Below, piece after piece: positions 11,141 through 23,107 of a DNA stretch of 64,000 bases. Origin of the DNA: Azolla caroliniana. Its lineage: Eukaryota; Plantae; Polypodiophyta. The notes below the pieces were generated by a model. The model searched no databases and was not told the DNA's origin. It saw only the letters and a list, made by a program, of their open reading frames with translations. The stretch's first letter is position 1; each line of letters opens with the position of its first letter. The position numbers were made by a program, and so were the translations under genes. Location: positions 3,472,001 through 3,536,000 of the forward strand of contig JBHGNT010000004.1 in NCBI GenBank assembly GCA_043228905.1, given 5' to 3'.

Positions 11141-14100
11141 GCTAGGCTCGGGCACTTCAACTATGATTCTCTACAAAAGCTCTCCTCTTCACAGCTAGTT
11201 GAGGTCTGCCAATTTTCAAAACTCCCAATACCCCATGTGTTGCTTGTCTTCATGGAAAGCAACATCGAGAGTCTTTCACTCATGAAGCCACTAATTGTGC
11301 AACATCTATCTTGGAGTTAGTGCACATGGATCTTTGTGGTCCTATGAAAACCACTACTCTTGGTGGTGCACGCTACTTATCATTGATGATTTCTCTAGAC
11401 TATAAGGTTTGGGTTTATTTTCTTGTAGAAAAATCTCAAGCCTTCACCAAATTTCAAGAATGGATAGCTCTAGTGGAGAACGAGACATCAAAGAAAGTTC
11501 GAAAGATCATGTCCGAGAATGGTGGAGAGTTTATCTCCCAAGATTTCCACCATTTTTCCTCTCAACAAGGCATTGTTCACCAATTTTCTACACCCAACAC
11601 TCCTCAACAAAATGGAGTTGTGGAAAGGAAGAACCAAACAGTCTAAGAGATGGCTCGTACAATGTTATCTCAATATGATCTTCCTCTCTTGTTTTGGGGT
11701 GAAGCTGTCAACATAGTAGTGTACATCATCAACTGGTGCCCAACAAAAGCAGACACTGCAATACCCCTATAGAAGCATTTACAGGTGTAAAGTCCTTAGT
11801 ATCTCATTTTAAAATATTTGGTTGTGATGGTTATGTTCACATTTTAGATCATAAAAGGACTAAATTTGAGTCCAAAACCATGAAATGTAAATTTCCTGGT
11901 TACAACACACAATCTATAGCCTATAGGTTATGCGATTTAGAATCAAAGTCTCTTCTCATCTCTAGGGATGTTCATTTTGTGGATTTCACCTGAGTTCACG
12001 GTTGAAATCCCAGCTCCGCCAGAATCTCCTATTTTATACGAAGATGTCTCACCTTCAAGCCCCCCATCTCTTCCTACTCAACCTCTAACTTCCCAACAAT
12101 TCAAACATCTCCCTCAGCTCCACTCATTTCCCCTCCCTCTACACACCAGCTTCCACCACTTCCCAAGTGGCTTCAAGCCACCATTCGTGATTCTCATCTC
12201 TCCGATGTTGAACTTCATGAGTATATATCTGGTTCTCCAACCAACATGAAAAGAACACGTAGGTCACAACGGCCTCTTCACTCATGCAATTTTTCCTTAC
12301 TGTGCATTGTTGTGCAATCAGAAGAACCCACAATAGCAAAAGAGGCCCTTGTTCTTCCAAAGTGGAAAGTAACAATGGAGATTGAACTTGATTCCATTGA
12401 GCGTAATCATACATGGGAGTTGGTCCCACAACCTCAACATTGACAAGTCATTGTCCACTGAAATGGATTTTCAAGACCAAATACCATGTTGATGGTATTT
12501 GGATAAGCACAAGACACGTTTAGCTGCAAAAGGCTACTCACAAGTGGAAGGAGTGGATTACTCATGTTTTGCTCCAATAGCAAGGTACACCTCTATTCTA
12601 TGTGTGCTTGCACTTGCTGTTCACCACAAATGGCCCATCTTTCAAATGGATGTCAAGTCAACCTTCCTTAATGGTGACTTGCAAGAGGAAGTTTATGTTG
12701 AAAAACCTCTAGGTTTCGAGATTTCAAAGCAAAAAAAAAAGTTCTACATACAGGTTACACAAAGCCTTGTATGGCTTAAAGCAAGCTCCCAAAGCTTGGC
12801 ATGACAAATTTGATACCTTCTTTCTCTCACTTGTTTAAGCATTGTTATGCTGACAACAATCTCTATGTCTTTTCCCAAGAAAATCAGTTATGCTTGATCA
12901 TATTATATGTTGATGACCTTCTAATTACAGGGTCCCTTGTTTCTAAAATTGAGGAGCTCCGTGTTGGCCTTAAAACCACATTCGAAATGATTGATCTAGG
13001 ACTTCTCCATTACTTCATAGGTATGGAGGTCTATCAATCACATGGTGGTATCTTCCTCAGCCAACATAGGTATCGCACATAGCTCCTTGAGACCTATGGC
13101 ATGTCAAATTGCAGGTCACTCTCTTGTCCAATGGATCCTAAAAGTTATCTCGTGAAGATGATTCTCCCATATTTGAAGATGTCACCAAATATAAATGGTT
13201 AATTGGGTCTCTTCTTCACTTACACCAAGTCTTATTTGTCATATAGTGTGAGTATTCTCAACCAATTCTCAAGTGCTCCGAGACAAAGTCATTGGCAAGC
13301 AACTATTCGAGTTCTTAGGTACTTGGCCAACACACTCGACTATGGTATGTCCTTTAGAGCCGGCATTAAGCTTGTTGGCTACTTGTATGCTAATTAGGCA
13401 GGTGATATTGATTCTAGAAGGTCCACATCTGGCTATTGTTTTATGTTAGGTTCAAGATTGATTTCTTGGAAATCAAAGAAGTAAAACTCCATTTCTATTT
13501 CATCAATAGAAGCTAAATATCGAGCCTACTTGGATACTTGTTGTGAGTTGTCATGGTTAATGCAATTATTTTGTCACATTGGTGTTTTGCAAGACTCTCC
13601 TATTGCAATTTTCACTGACAACCAAAATGCTCATGCCTTGGCACATAGCTCAACATTTCATGGTAGAACAAAACATATTGAAGTGCACTACCATTTTGTT
13701 CGTGAATTAGTGAAATCACAAGTCATCAACTTGGCACATTGTCCTACTCAAGGAAATGTGGTTGATTTATTTACCAAGCCACTTAAAAGGCAATCCATTG
13801 ATTAGCTCCTCGGTCGACTGAATGTTGGACCGCCGTTCTAGAGTTGAGAGGAGGTGTTGGAGGGTGGCAGCTCCAGACTTGCACTCTCTTTCATCTTTAT
13901 TATCTCTCTTTTACATTCTCTCTCTTCCTAGATTCTTCTCTCTCAAAAATCTGAAATGCTTTAAATGCCTTCTCTCTCTTCCACTTTTTCCAAGATATTC
14001 CCTCTTATTCCTAGTTTATTGTACCTGTTTGGTAGTACAAGAGTCACTTAACTACCAAACAACCATTTCACCCACTTTCCCTAGTTTTGTATGAATAGGC

Positions 14101-14950
14101 TAATTAGCCTCTTTTGTAAATACTTTATTTTTGTTGCTACTTGAAAACAAGTTTTACTCTTTGGCTGTGTCTCTACTCTTTGAAACCATTTTTGCTATTG
14201 CTATCTAACAACCTTCTCACAACTTGGTTATGTCTATTTTGTTCTAACAATTGTTCTGATACTTCTATTAACAACTTTTCTCATATATACATGGGGGGGC
14301 GGTATTATGGGTGGTGGTGCAAGATAAACCAATGGTATATGAACAAGAGGATGTTGCAAAGGCTCTTGCTAAGAGACATGGTCTGATTCAAAAAATATTT
14401 ATACCTCTGAATTCACAATTAGAGATTGACAAACTTGAAATATGGTAATTGGTAAGTAGTATCGCAGTCTAGTATATTTAGAAGGCTAGATGTTTGAAGG
14501 TATTCCAAAATGTGATTGAAAGACCTACCTAGATCATTTTTGGGATTTGGACAGAGATTGCGCATAATCTTGGAGGTTCTTTGGATAACATAAAAGGTAA
14601 TAGACATTAGGCAGAGCTACAAAGATTGGAGTTTCATGCCATATGGGACAAACGAATAATTTGTAAATGGATTTCTAATAAGGTGGAGTGATTCTACTCT
14701 ACACCAAAGTATTTATTTAAGCCAACAATTAGAACTTAGAAAGGGGCTTATTACCTAAAGGTATATATTTAATGTATAACCTTAGGGCATTTCTTAATAC
14801 TAATGTAATATCTTTTTTGCAAAGAAAACATGTCCCACTACTCGTATAATGTTAATCACACTCAATTGTGGTGGTAAAATTGTAGTGTTTTTTATGCACA
14901 TTTATTAAAATAATTGTGTGTTTCACGAGAGAGAGAGAGAGAGAGAGAGA

Positions 14951-16073
14951 TTATATTATCGTCTTCGGAGGTCAAATATGACCTATGAGACCAAAGATAT
15001 TACATTTCACATGATACGTGTGAAAGTGAGTAGTGACTCTCGATGTTCAAGAACTTTACCAATGAATGTTGCAATCGAGAGTGCACATTGTGGTTGTAAG
15101 AGGAATTCATGCAAGGATTGGGCTCGGTCGAAGAGATGTGGAAAGCATGGTCGAATATGATCAAAGGCAGAGCATTGTATCAAAGTGTGATACTCAGATT
15201 CGTGAACTTGTTAAGGGCAAAGTGTGCATAGCCAACCACTCTCATCACTTGTGCCCCAACGCCCTGTCTCACATCGCAATGCATGTGAGCTAAGTTGCAT
15301 GGAAGCAATGGTTTGAATGGCAGATAACGGCATGGGCTCTAACATGTATCGATGTGTACGATTTCCCCGTTCCGCAAAGAATATGGTTTTGTAGTTAGGT
15401 GCAGCATGTGTAGCATAATGTGTGAAGCGTGAGCCTCCACATTTGTCCCATGTCATGATACATTGGCATTGCAAAAAGGCTTCATTTACAGAGGAATCTA
15501 ATGATGCATCATGAAGCAAGTGTCTCGCATCCCATCTACCAAACCATTTTTCTATATCTTGCATCCAACCGGAACACAACATTTTGCTTTTATGTGTCTT
15601 TTGGATCTTTTTGCTTGCTTCCCATGCAATTCTAGGAAGTCGATGTGAGGGACTTTTTTGAACCTTAAACATATATTCAACAACCCTTTCCATGGCCATG
15701 ATCTCAATGGGAAGCGATCCCGTCTCAAGGAGGAGGGTGTAAGGCATTTGTTTCTTAACTTGTAGAAACTTTGTAAAAAAATGTTTTTGGACATTTTCAA
15801 ACTCTTTCCACATAGATCTAGGGATGCTACTGCCCCATACTTCCACCCCATAGAGAAGAATTGTTAACCGTATAGGTGTACGGGAGGGTTAGGTGTAATG
15901 TGGAAGGTGGTGTGTGAGGTGTAATATGAAATGTGAATGTGTGAATGTTAGGTGAGGTAAGTAGGTGTACCTACGTCCATTCGGCTTTTTGTAAAGATCT
16001 TCTATTATATAAATCCTCACTCATGGGGCATGCAAAATGATATCAAAGTTACTCTAAATTGTGTTTGTCTCGA

Positions 16074-16129
<56 letters not shown>

Positions 16130-17593
16130 CGTTCTCTCTATGCATCTCATCTCTCCCTCCCTCCTCTCACACTCGAACCCCCTTGGGAGGGGGGTGGAGC
16201 CGATCTTGGCTCCACCCCCCACCTATAAACAAGAACCGGTGTCACCAAAGTGTCAAAAAGATATTTCTTGAGGACCCAACACTTAATATCTCCAAGATTG
16301 CATGTGTTCTCAAATGCATAGTATGCTCGCTTACCCGCCTCCAAGCGGCATGTAGCACATTCATTCCATCTATGATTTGAAGGAACTTCAAGGCCAAGAT
16401 ATTTGAAGATTTCCACACATTCTAGTGGCTCATTGTTGTACATAATGCAGGCTTTATCTCTTTTTTGGCTCTTCACAAGCATAATCTTTGTTTTAGAGCT
16501 ATTGCCACTTAATTTAGTATGCATTCAAAAAATTTCCAATGCCTTCATAAGCTTTTGTGCATATCCTAAAGTATTTGCAAAAAGCACTACATCATCTACA
16601 TATAGCAAAAGCATAATCACAACATTCCCAATGGCAACTTCTTCAACACATTCTTCCTTTGCAAACTTGGTAACCATTTCTTCCAATTCATCAATGCATA
16701 GACCAAATAGTGTTGGTGAGAGTGGGCACCCTTGCTTAACACCAATAGTACTTTTGAAAAAATCTGAAAGTTTATCTCTCATGCACACACAACATATAAC
16801 CTTCTCATAAATTCGGGAAATTGCAAGCATATATTCACTTGGAACCTCAAGTTCTTCCATTCGCCTCCAAAGATGCTCACGAGGTACCATATCAAAAGCT
16901 TTCTTGAAGTCTACAAAGCAACAATATAAACATTTACCTCTAAGGTGACTTTCCTCCATTAATACTCGAAGGGTGACAAGGTGATCAATGGTGCTATGGT
17001 GTTTTCGAAAACCAGCTTGTCCATAAGCTCTCTTACCATTTTTTTAGCCCATACACTTATCTTTGATTCCATTGTACATCCAAACAGTTTTGCCATTAAT
17101 GAGCCAACCATGATGGTTCGATAGTTGTTTACATTATTTATATCTCCACCTTTATGTAAAGGTTTGATCCAATTTGTAGTCCAATCGTACCGGCATACCA
17201 TGTTGCAATGCATCATTAAACATATCGCTTATCCATACATGTGCTTCCTTTCCCGTCCATTTGAGCATTTCAACCTTTATACATTGAAGATCGTTTGCCT
17301 TCCGAGAGGCCAATTTCTTAAGTCCTATGCATATATCTTCAATTGTAAAGAAGGGAGACGTATGTGAAAGAGAATCATAACACATCATCTTTCCGGCAAG
17401 AGATAACTCATATAAATTCTTACAATGCATAGACAAGTCGTGAAGAGTTAAGTTACCATAACTCTCAACATGTTTCCCCTTTGGATTTCCCCAAAATTTA
17501 GCACATGCATGTGCTTTCTCTTGCGTTTGGATAAATTGTTGAGCTTTCTTTGAATATAATCATGCAAATGCTTTTGGTAATTCTCTTTATCCT
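14951..17593 (-). mobile_element. RTE/RTEX-like non-LTR retrotransposon, 5'-truncated and frameshifted
   Basis: RT motifs NYRTIMV, CCFVDFKKAFDMV, GVKQGCPLSPTLF, LLYVDD and FKYLG, plus C-terminal HALRCETGRW...CTLC (ORFs 15211-17436). Bounded on both sides by (GA)n tracts. Confidence 0.85.
15862..16231. mobile_element. Solo LTR inserted in the RTE-like LINE
   Basis: TGTT...AACA ends with TSD AGAAT/AGAAC. Removing it restores LVTPVLLYGVEVWG. It contains a TATA box, (CT)n and a GGGGGTGGAGCC/GGCTCCACCCCC hairpin. Confidence 0.8.
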
Positions 17594-18177
17594 TAGAGAG
17601 AGAGAGAGAGATTTTTAATGTATACTGGAGATTGATTGTGATCAATGAGACAAGGACTAACCCGGTGAGGGTCGAATTTGGGATCTCTCAATTTTATGTA
17701 TGACTTTGGTGCTATGGTGTGAACCACAAACCAACAAAGATTTTTTGTTCTAAAACATAACCTATTAGATCAAAACAAATCTTTAATATAGCATGTGAGG
17801 AAGTGATATGGGACTCTCCATTCTCAAGGTTTTGAGTAAAGAGTATCTCAAGTTTAAACCCACATCATAATATTGTGAAAAACTAGAGCATGTCTAAGAA
17901 TGTGGAGAAGTAACATGATCAAAATCTAAATTGCACTCATGGTAATTGTGACACAAAGTTCCATGCACTAGCTTGAAGCATAATCATAGACAATGGGACT
18001 CCTTGTTGATGGTCCAATGTCAATGTGTCAATATTTCTACTTGAAAATGACCTATATGTATATTTTTTGTTGAGAATAGTCAATATGTATATTTTCACTT
18101 AACAAATGAACTTAAAAATGCATACTAGTCGTTGAATCTGATGTATACTTTCCTTGGAGATTGTCCAACATTATAGA

Positions 18178-21100
18178 CTGTACCATGTTGTTGCGAGTAG
18201 TACCTGGTTTGCCACTATGATGCGACCCGCTAGCGACAATTTTTTCGAACTCCAATGTATCAACTTTTGTCGAATGGAATGGATAACGGGTGCAATCATA
18301 GTCTCCGACGACATGTTGAAACCAATTTGGAAACCCAAATATTTGGTGCTCGCTCCTTGAGTGATCCATTTGAAAGCGGGATGTGGGTGCCACACGGGAT
18401 GTGTTTCATGAGAAAGCCATATTGCACAGGATTTGTGCCAATTGATCATGGCGTTGGATCTCTTGCAAAACATGGTGAACCCACTTTCTAGCTTTTGTAG
18501 GTTTTCCAAGTCCCCTTGTAGGTGGACCGTTGTGTCATCTGCAAATTCTATATCCATGATGCTTTGGTGAGAATGAGGCATGGGAAGACCACGTAGGTTG
18601 AGATGCCGCGAGTTGAGAAAGCAAGAGAGTGCTTCGACGTATAATAGAAATAAGGATGGAGCTAGTGGGCATCCTTGTCGTACAAATCGGGATATTTGGA
18701 AAAAGGGGCCCTTTCACCTACCAGTGAAACGCAACTGCTGCCGTTCCTATAAAGTCTTGCAATGCCTTTGATCCATGTCTCTTGAAAGCCAAGTTTCCCC
18801 ATCACACTTTCTAGAAAGTTCCAGCATAGCCTATCATATGCTTTCTCAAAATCTAGTAGCACCACCTCTATCTTGTTGTTGGTACGCTTGGCAAGGGCTA
18901 CTGCTTCCCAGAATGAGAAGAGGTTGTCTAGGATGCACCGATTTCTAACGAAACCTGTCTGGGATGGATGAATGAGTTGAGGGAGAAGTGGTGTTAAATG
19001 GTGTGCCACGATTTTTGCGAGCAACTTATAGACAGTATTGAGAAGTGTTATGGGCCACCACTTGCCAATGTCGTTGGCACTCCCACCACTTTTAGGAATG
19101 AGATGTATCATCCCCTATCCAAATTCCTCCGGCATGTTTCCAAAGGTGATGATCTCCTCATATGCCTGGAGGAGGTCTTCTTTAATAGTGTCCCAAAGGC
19201 ATGTGAAAAAGTGAGGGGTGAGGCCGTCGATTCCGGGGCAACTATCTGCATCCAATGAATAGTCAACTACATTTGGTTTGGTAAGGAAGATCATGTAACT
19301 CGCGCCAAGGTGGCGTGGCCTATACTCACATCACCTAAGTCGAGAGGGGGATTGGGTCTTATTGATCCCCTCTCAGAATCAAAAGCCTTACTTGCCAAAT
19401 TTGTAGTGTGACTCCAACCAGGAAATGACTATTGGAAAATGCTACCACGGTTATGTTTCGCTTACTTCAGGCCACGAAAAGGGGTCAATTGGGCCCCCCA
19501 AACGGGATGGATTATAAACATGGATCTCAAACCTAGTTTCTCCCGTCAATTGGAGGATAGATTCAATGCATCCATGTGGAAGGCATGGTGTGACATTAGA
19601 CAAGGGCTCAAGTGCGATCAACCGAGTTTCGAACCTACCTAGCTCAGTCAACGTATCCTATGCAAGTCATGTATCAAGGATGAATCTAATCAACTACTTG
19701 GATCAAGTAAGGGGTTGTCATGGGGATACATTGCAGAAGGTCCAAGAAAAAGTATAGAATGTTGGAGACGGTTTATGTCACTTCCACCTCAAGATCAAGC
19801 CAACATACTCCATTGAATCAGGGGCAGATGGACTATGAGATCGGAAATCATTAACGCTCTACTAATTAGGGAAGTTGCCACTCAAAGGATGACAATGGAG
19901 AAATGGATAGGTTACGAGGAGGGATCTTTGATCCCGAGAGGTAGGGGAACACTAGACAGGATCGAAGGCTCTGAATTGGGAGACACTAAGACACCAACAC
20001 AGAATAACGCAATTCGAGTGCTCGTGTATACTGGTCATAAATGGATTGTAGATCCTGATCCAATCAAAGTACAACTCGATTGACTCGTATGTACTCATGA
20101 AAACACATTGGCTATGTAAGGTCAGTTGGAAACATTTGCAATGGACTTGGTGTGATCCTTACGCGGGGCAAGGAAGAAAACCCATCCCTTTCTTCCAATT
20201 CACAACTAGATTGGGTCGCCACATTCTAGCTGCTCAAACCACCCGAGAGTCGGCTGCTGCAAAGGTCTGACACACATATCAAGTTCCTCACACAATTATC
20301 ACCAAGTTTTGGTAGAAAATCTGGAAACAACAACACCCGAGGCGAATTACCACGTTCCAATGGCTATTAATACATAAGTCACTACCGGTGGGAGCATGGC
20401 AACGTGGGAACCTTAGCTCTCCTAATTGTGTAGAGTGCCCAAATGTAGTAGAATCAATACGACACGCTTTGTGGGACTGCCCAACATCCCATCGAATATG
20501 GTGGGGGGTTGGCCGCTTGTTGCAATTATGCCAGGTGCAAGGCTCAATCAAGTGGGGAAATATATGTTGGCTATTATGGCAAACCCCAATTGGCAGATAC
20601 GAGCATCAGGAGGAGGGGATGACTTTGGTGGTAAAAGCACAAGAGGTTTTTTTCTCCACCATCGGTAATGTCCACTCAACTCCTCTTAATGAAAAATCTC
20701 AAGTTGTGTTGGAATTGGTCAGCCCAATAACTCTTTGGATTCTATGGAAACAACAGTGTAGACGGGTCTTCTCCAACCAAACCGCCCATCCAACAATGTT
20801 ACTACAAGAGATATGGAGTGAAATTGTAGCCACTCTAAAGAGCCAATATGATGGCCTCAAGGGCGGCTCCGATGGAGTTGAAAGACAACGAATAGCCTTC
20901 ATCCAACAATGGCCGTCCTCTCCCTTTCTTGAATCTGTGTGTTACGGGCATGACCATATAATATCGTGTGGTGAGAATTTACCGTAGTATTCTATACACG
21001 TGGATAAGTGTGAGGGTTAAACGAGAGTCTAAAGAATACTACGGTAAATTCTCACCACACGATATTATATGGTCATGCCCGTAACACTGTGGGCATCCAC

Positions 21101-21200
21101 ATAAGATGGAACTATCGCGTCCCTACATGGATTTGTACATAATAATCTCATTTGTAAAATTTTATAACTAATGGAAGGAGTTTTTGTTTGGAAAAAAAAA
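18178..21200. mobile_element. L1-clade LINE with inverted 5' part (about 18178-19249 minus, about 19250-21200 plus)
   Basis: The minus strand runs PGIDG..HLIPK..WWPITLLN..LDFEKAYD..FADD..KYLG..LSLAGRIIVANQVLLATTWY. The plus strand resumes with NYIWFG..AKVAW..PKSRGGLGL, then zf-RVT CVEC..ESIRHALWDC, and ends in poly(A) at about 21192-21200. Confidence 0.88.
20940..21086. mobile_element. 147-bp fold-back insertion with 54-bp perfect inverted arms
   Basis: Arm TGTTACGGGCATGACC...GTAGTATTCT and its exact reverse complement. TG...CA ends and a 5-bp TSD CTGTG at 20935-20939 and 21087-21091. Absent from the paralogous L1 copy at about 22990. Confidence 0.92.
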
Positions 21201-21582
21201 GCTCACATAATATCATTGATAAGTATTGTTAGATTTATTTAAAACTCCCCATTTACCAATGGTCTATAGAACTACACCATTAGCTCTATGGTTATCATGT
21301 TTCAGCGAGCATCGCATTAACCTATGGCAAGTTGCATATTGTGAATCATCTATTCACACATTCATTTTACAACCAACAATTGAACTTGCAATATCATGTC
21401 CTTTGCTATCTTGAAGTATTGTAACATGGAATGATCACTTGGTTTATCATTTTTGAAACATCAAGTTACGAAAATGTGTCTTTGCATAATCAAACATACA
21501 ATGTCTTTGAAGTGAAAATCTCATTTATACTTATATGTGCATTGATTTATCTTTTTGCATGCTATGTGTAAAAGACTTGTTT

Positions 21583-23107
21583 ATCTCAAACCTAGTTTCT
21601 CCCGCCCATGGAGGATAGATTTAGTGCATCCATGTGGAAGGCGTGGTGTGACATTAGACGAGGACTCAAGTGCGATCAACCCAATTCCGAACCTGCTTGG
21701 CTCAGTCAACGTATCCTTTGGAACCCATGTATTAGGGATGAATCTAATCAACTAATTGGATCAAGTAAGGGGTTGCCATGGGGATACATGTCGGAAGGTC
21801 CAGGAAAAAGTATAGAATGTTGGAGACGGTTTATGTCATTGCCAATACAAGACCAGGCCAACATCCTCCATGGAATCAGGGGCGGATGGGCTATGAGATC
21901 TGAAATCATTAACACTCTACTAATTAGGGAAGTTGCTCATCAAAGGACGACAACGGAGAAATGGATAGGCTACAAAGAGGAGGGCTCTTTGCTCCCAAGA
22001 GGTAGGGACACACCGGACAGGATCGAAGGCTCTAAATTGCAAGACAATGAGGCATCAACACAGCGTAAGGCAATTCGAGTACTAGCATATACTGGGCATA
22101 AATGGATTGTAGATCCTGATCCAATCAAAATATAACCAGGTTGGCACATATGTACTCATGAAAACACATGGCTACGTAAGGTCAGTTGGGACCCTTTGCA
22201 ATGGACATGGTGTGATCCTTATGCGAGGTAAGGAAGTAAACCTATCCCTTTCATTCAATTCACAACTAGATTGGGTCGCCATATTATAGCCGCTCAATCT
22301 GCCCGAGATCTGGCTATTGCAAAGGTTTGGAAAACATATCATGTTCCTAACACAATTATCACCAGTTTTGGCAGAAATTCTGGAAACAACAACACGTGAG
22401 GCGAATCACCACTTTCCAATGGCTGTTAATACATACGTCACTACCGGTTGGTGCATGGCAGCATGGGAACCTCAGCTCTCCTAATTGTGTAGCGTGTCCA
22501 ATTGTAGTAGAATCAATATGACACGCTCTATGGGACTACCCAGAGTCCCATCGAATATGGTGGGGGGTTGGCCGCTTATTGCAATTATGCCAGGTGCAAG
22601 GCTCAATCAAGTGGGGAATGTATGTTGGCTATCATGGTAGGCCCCAGTTGGCAGATATGAGAATCAGGAAGAGGGGATGACTTTGGTTATAAAAGCATAA
22701 GAGGTTTTTTTCTCCACCATCGACAATGTCCACTCAACTCTTATCAATGCCAAATCTCAAGTTGTGTTGGAATTGGTCAGCCCAATAACTCGTTGGATTC
22801 TATGGAAACAACGGTGTAGACGGGTCTTCTCTAACCAAACCATGCATCCAATAGTGTTAATACAAGAGATATGGAGTGAAGTGGTTGCCACTCTAAAGAG
22901 CCAATATGATGGCTTCAAGGGTGACTCCGATGGAGTTGAAAGACAACGACTAGCCTTCATCCAACAATGGTCGTCCTACCCCTTTATTGAGTCGGTGGGC
23001 ATCCACATAAGATGGACCTATCGTGTCCCTACAGGGATTTGTATATAATAATCTCATCTGTAAAATTTTATAACTAATGGAAGGAGTTTTTTTGAAAAAA
23101 AAAAAAA
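21583..23107 (+). mobile_element. Second, 5'-truncated copy of the same L1 family
   Basis: Collinear with 19524-21200 and has the same 3' tail (AACTAATGGAAGGAG + poly A). Probable degenerate TSD AAAAGACTTGTTT / AAAAGACTAGTAT. Confidence 0.85.

Larger units (their letters stand above)
6963..14283 (+). mobile_element. Ty1/Copia LTR retrotransposon, full-length but decayed (element Copia-2)
   Basis: LTRs at 6963-7392 and 13855-14283, TSD TATAT at 6958-6962 and 14284-14288, PBS TGGTATCAGAGC at 7395-7406, PPT GAGAGGAGG at 13846-13854. Fragments of gag (7608-8545), protease WLVDSGAT (8561), integrase LVHMDLCGP..QQNGVVERKN (11311), RT QMDVKS..YVDD (12499-13082) and RNase H KHIEVHYHF (13530). Many stops and frameshifts. 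Confidence 0.95.
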
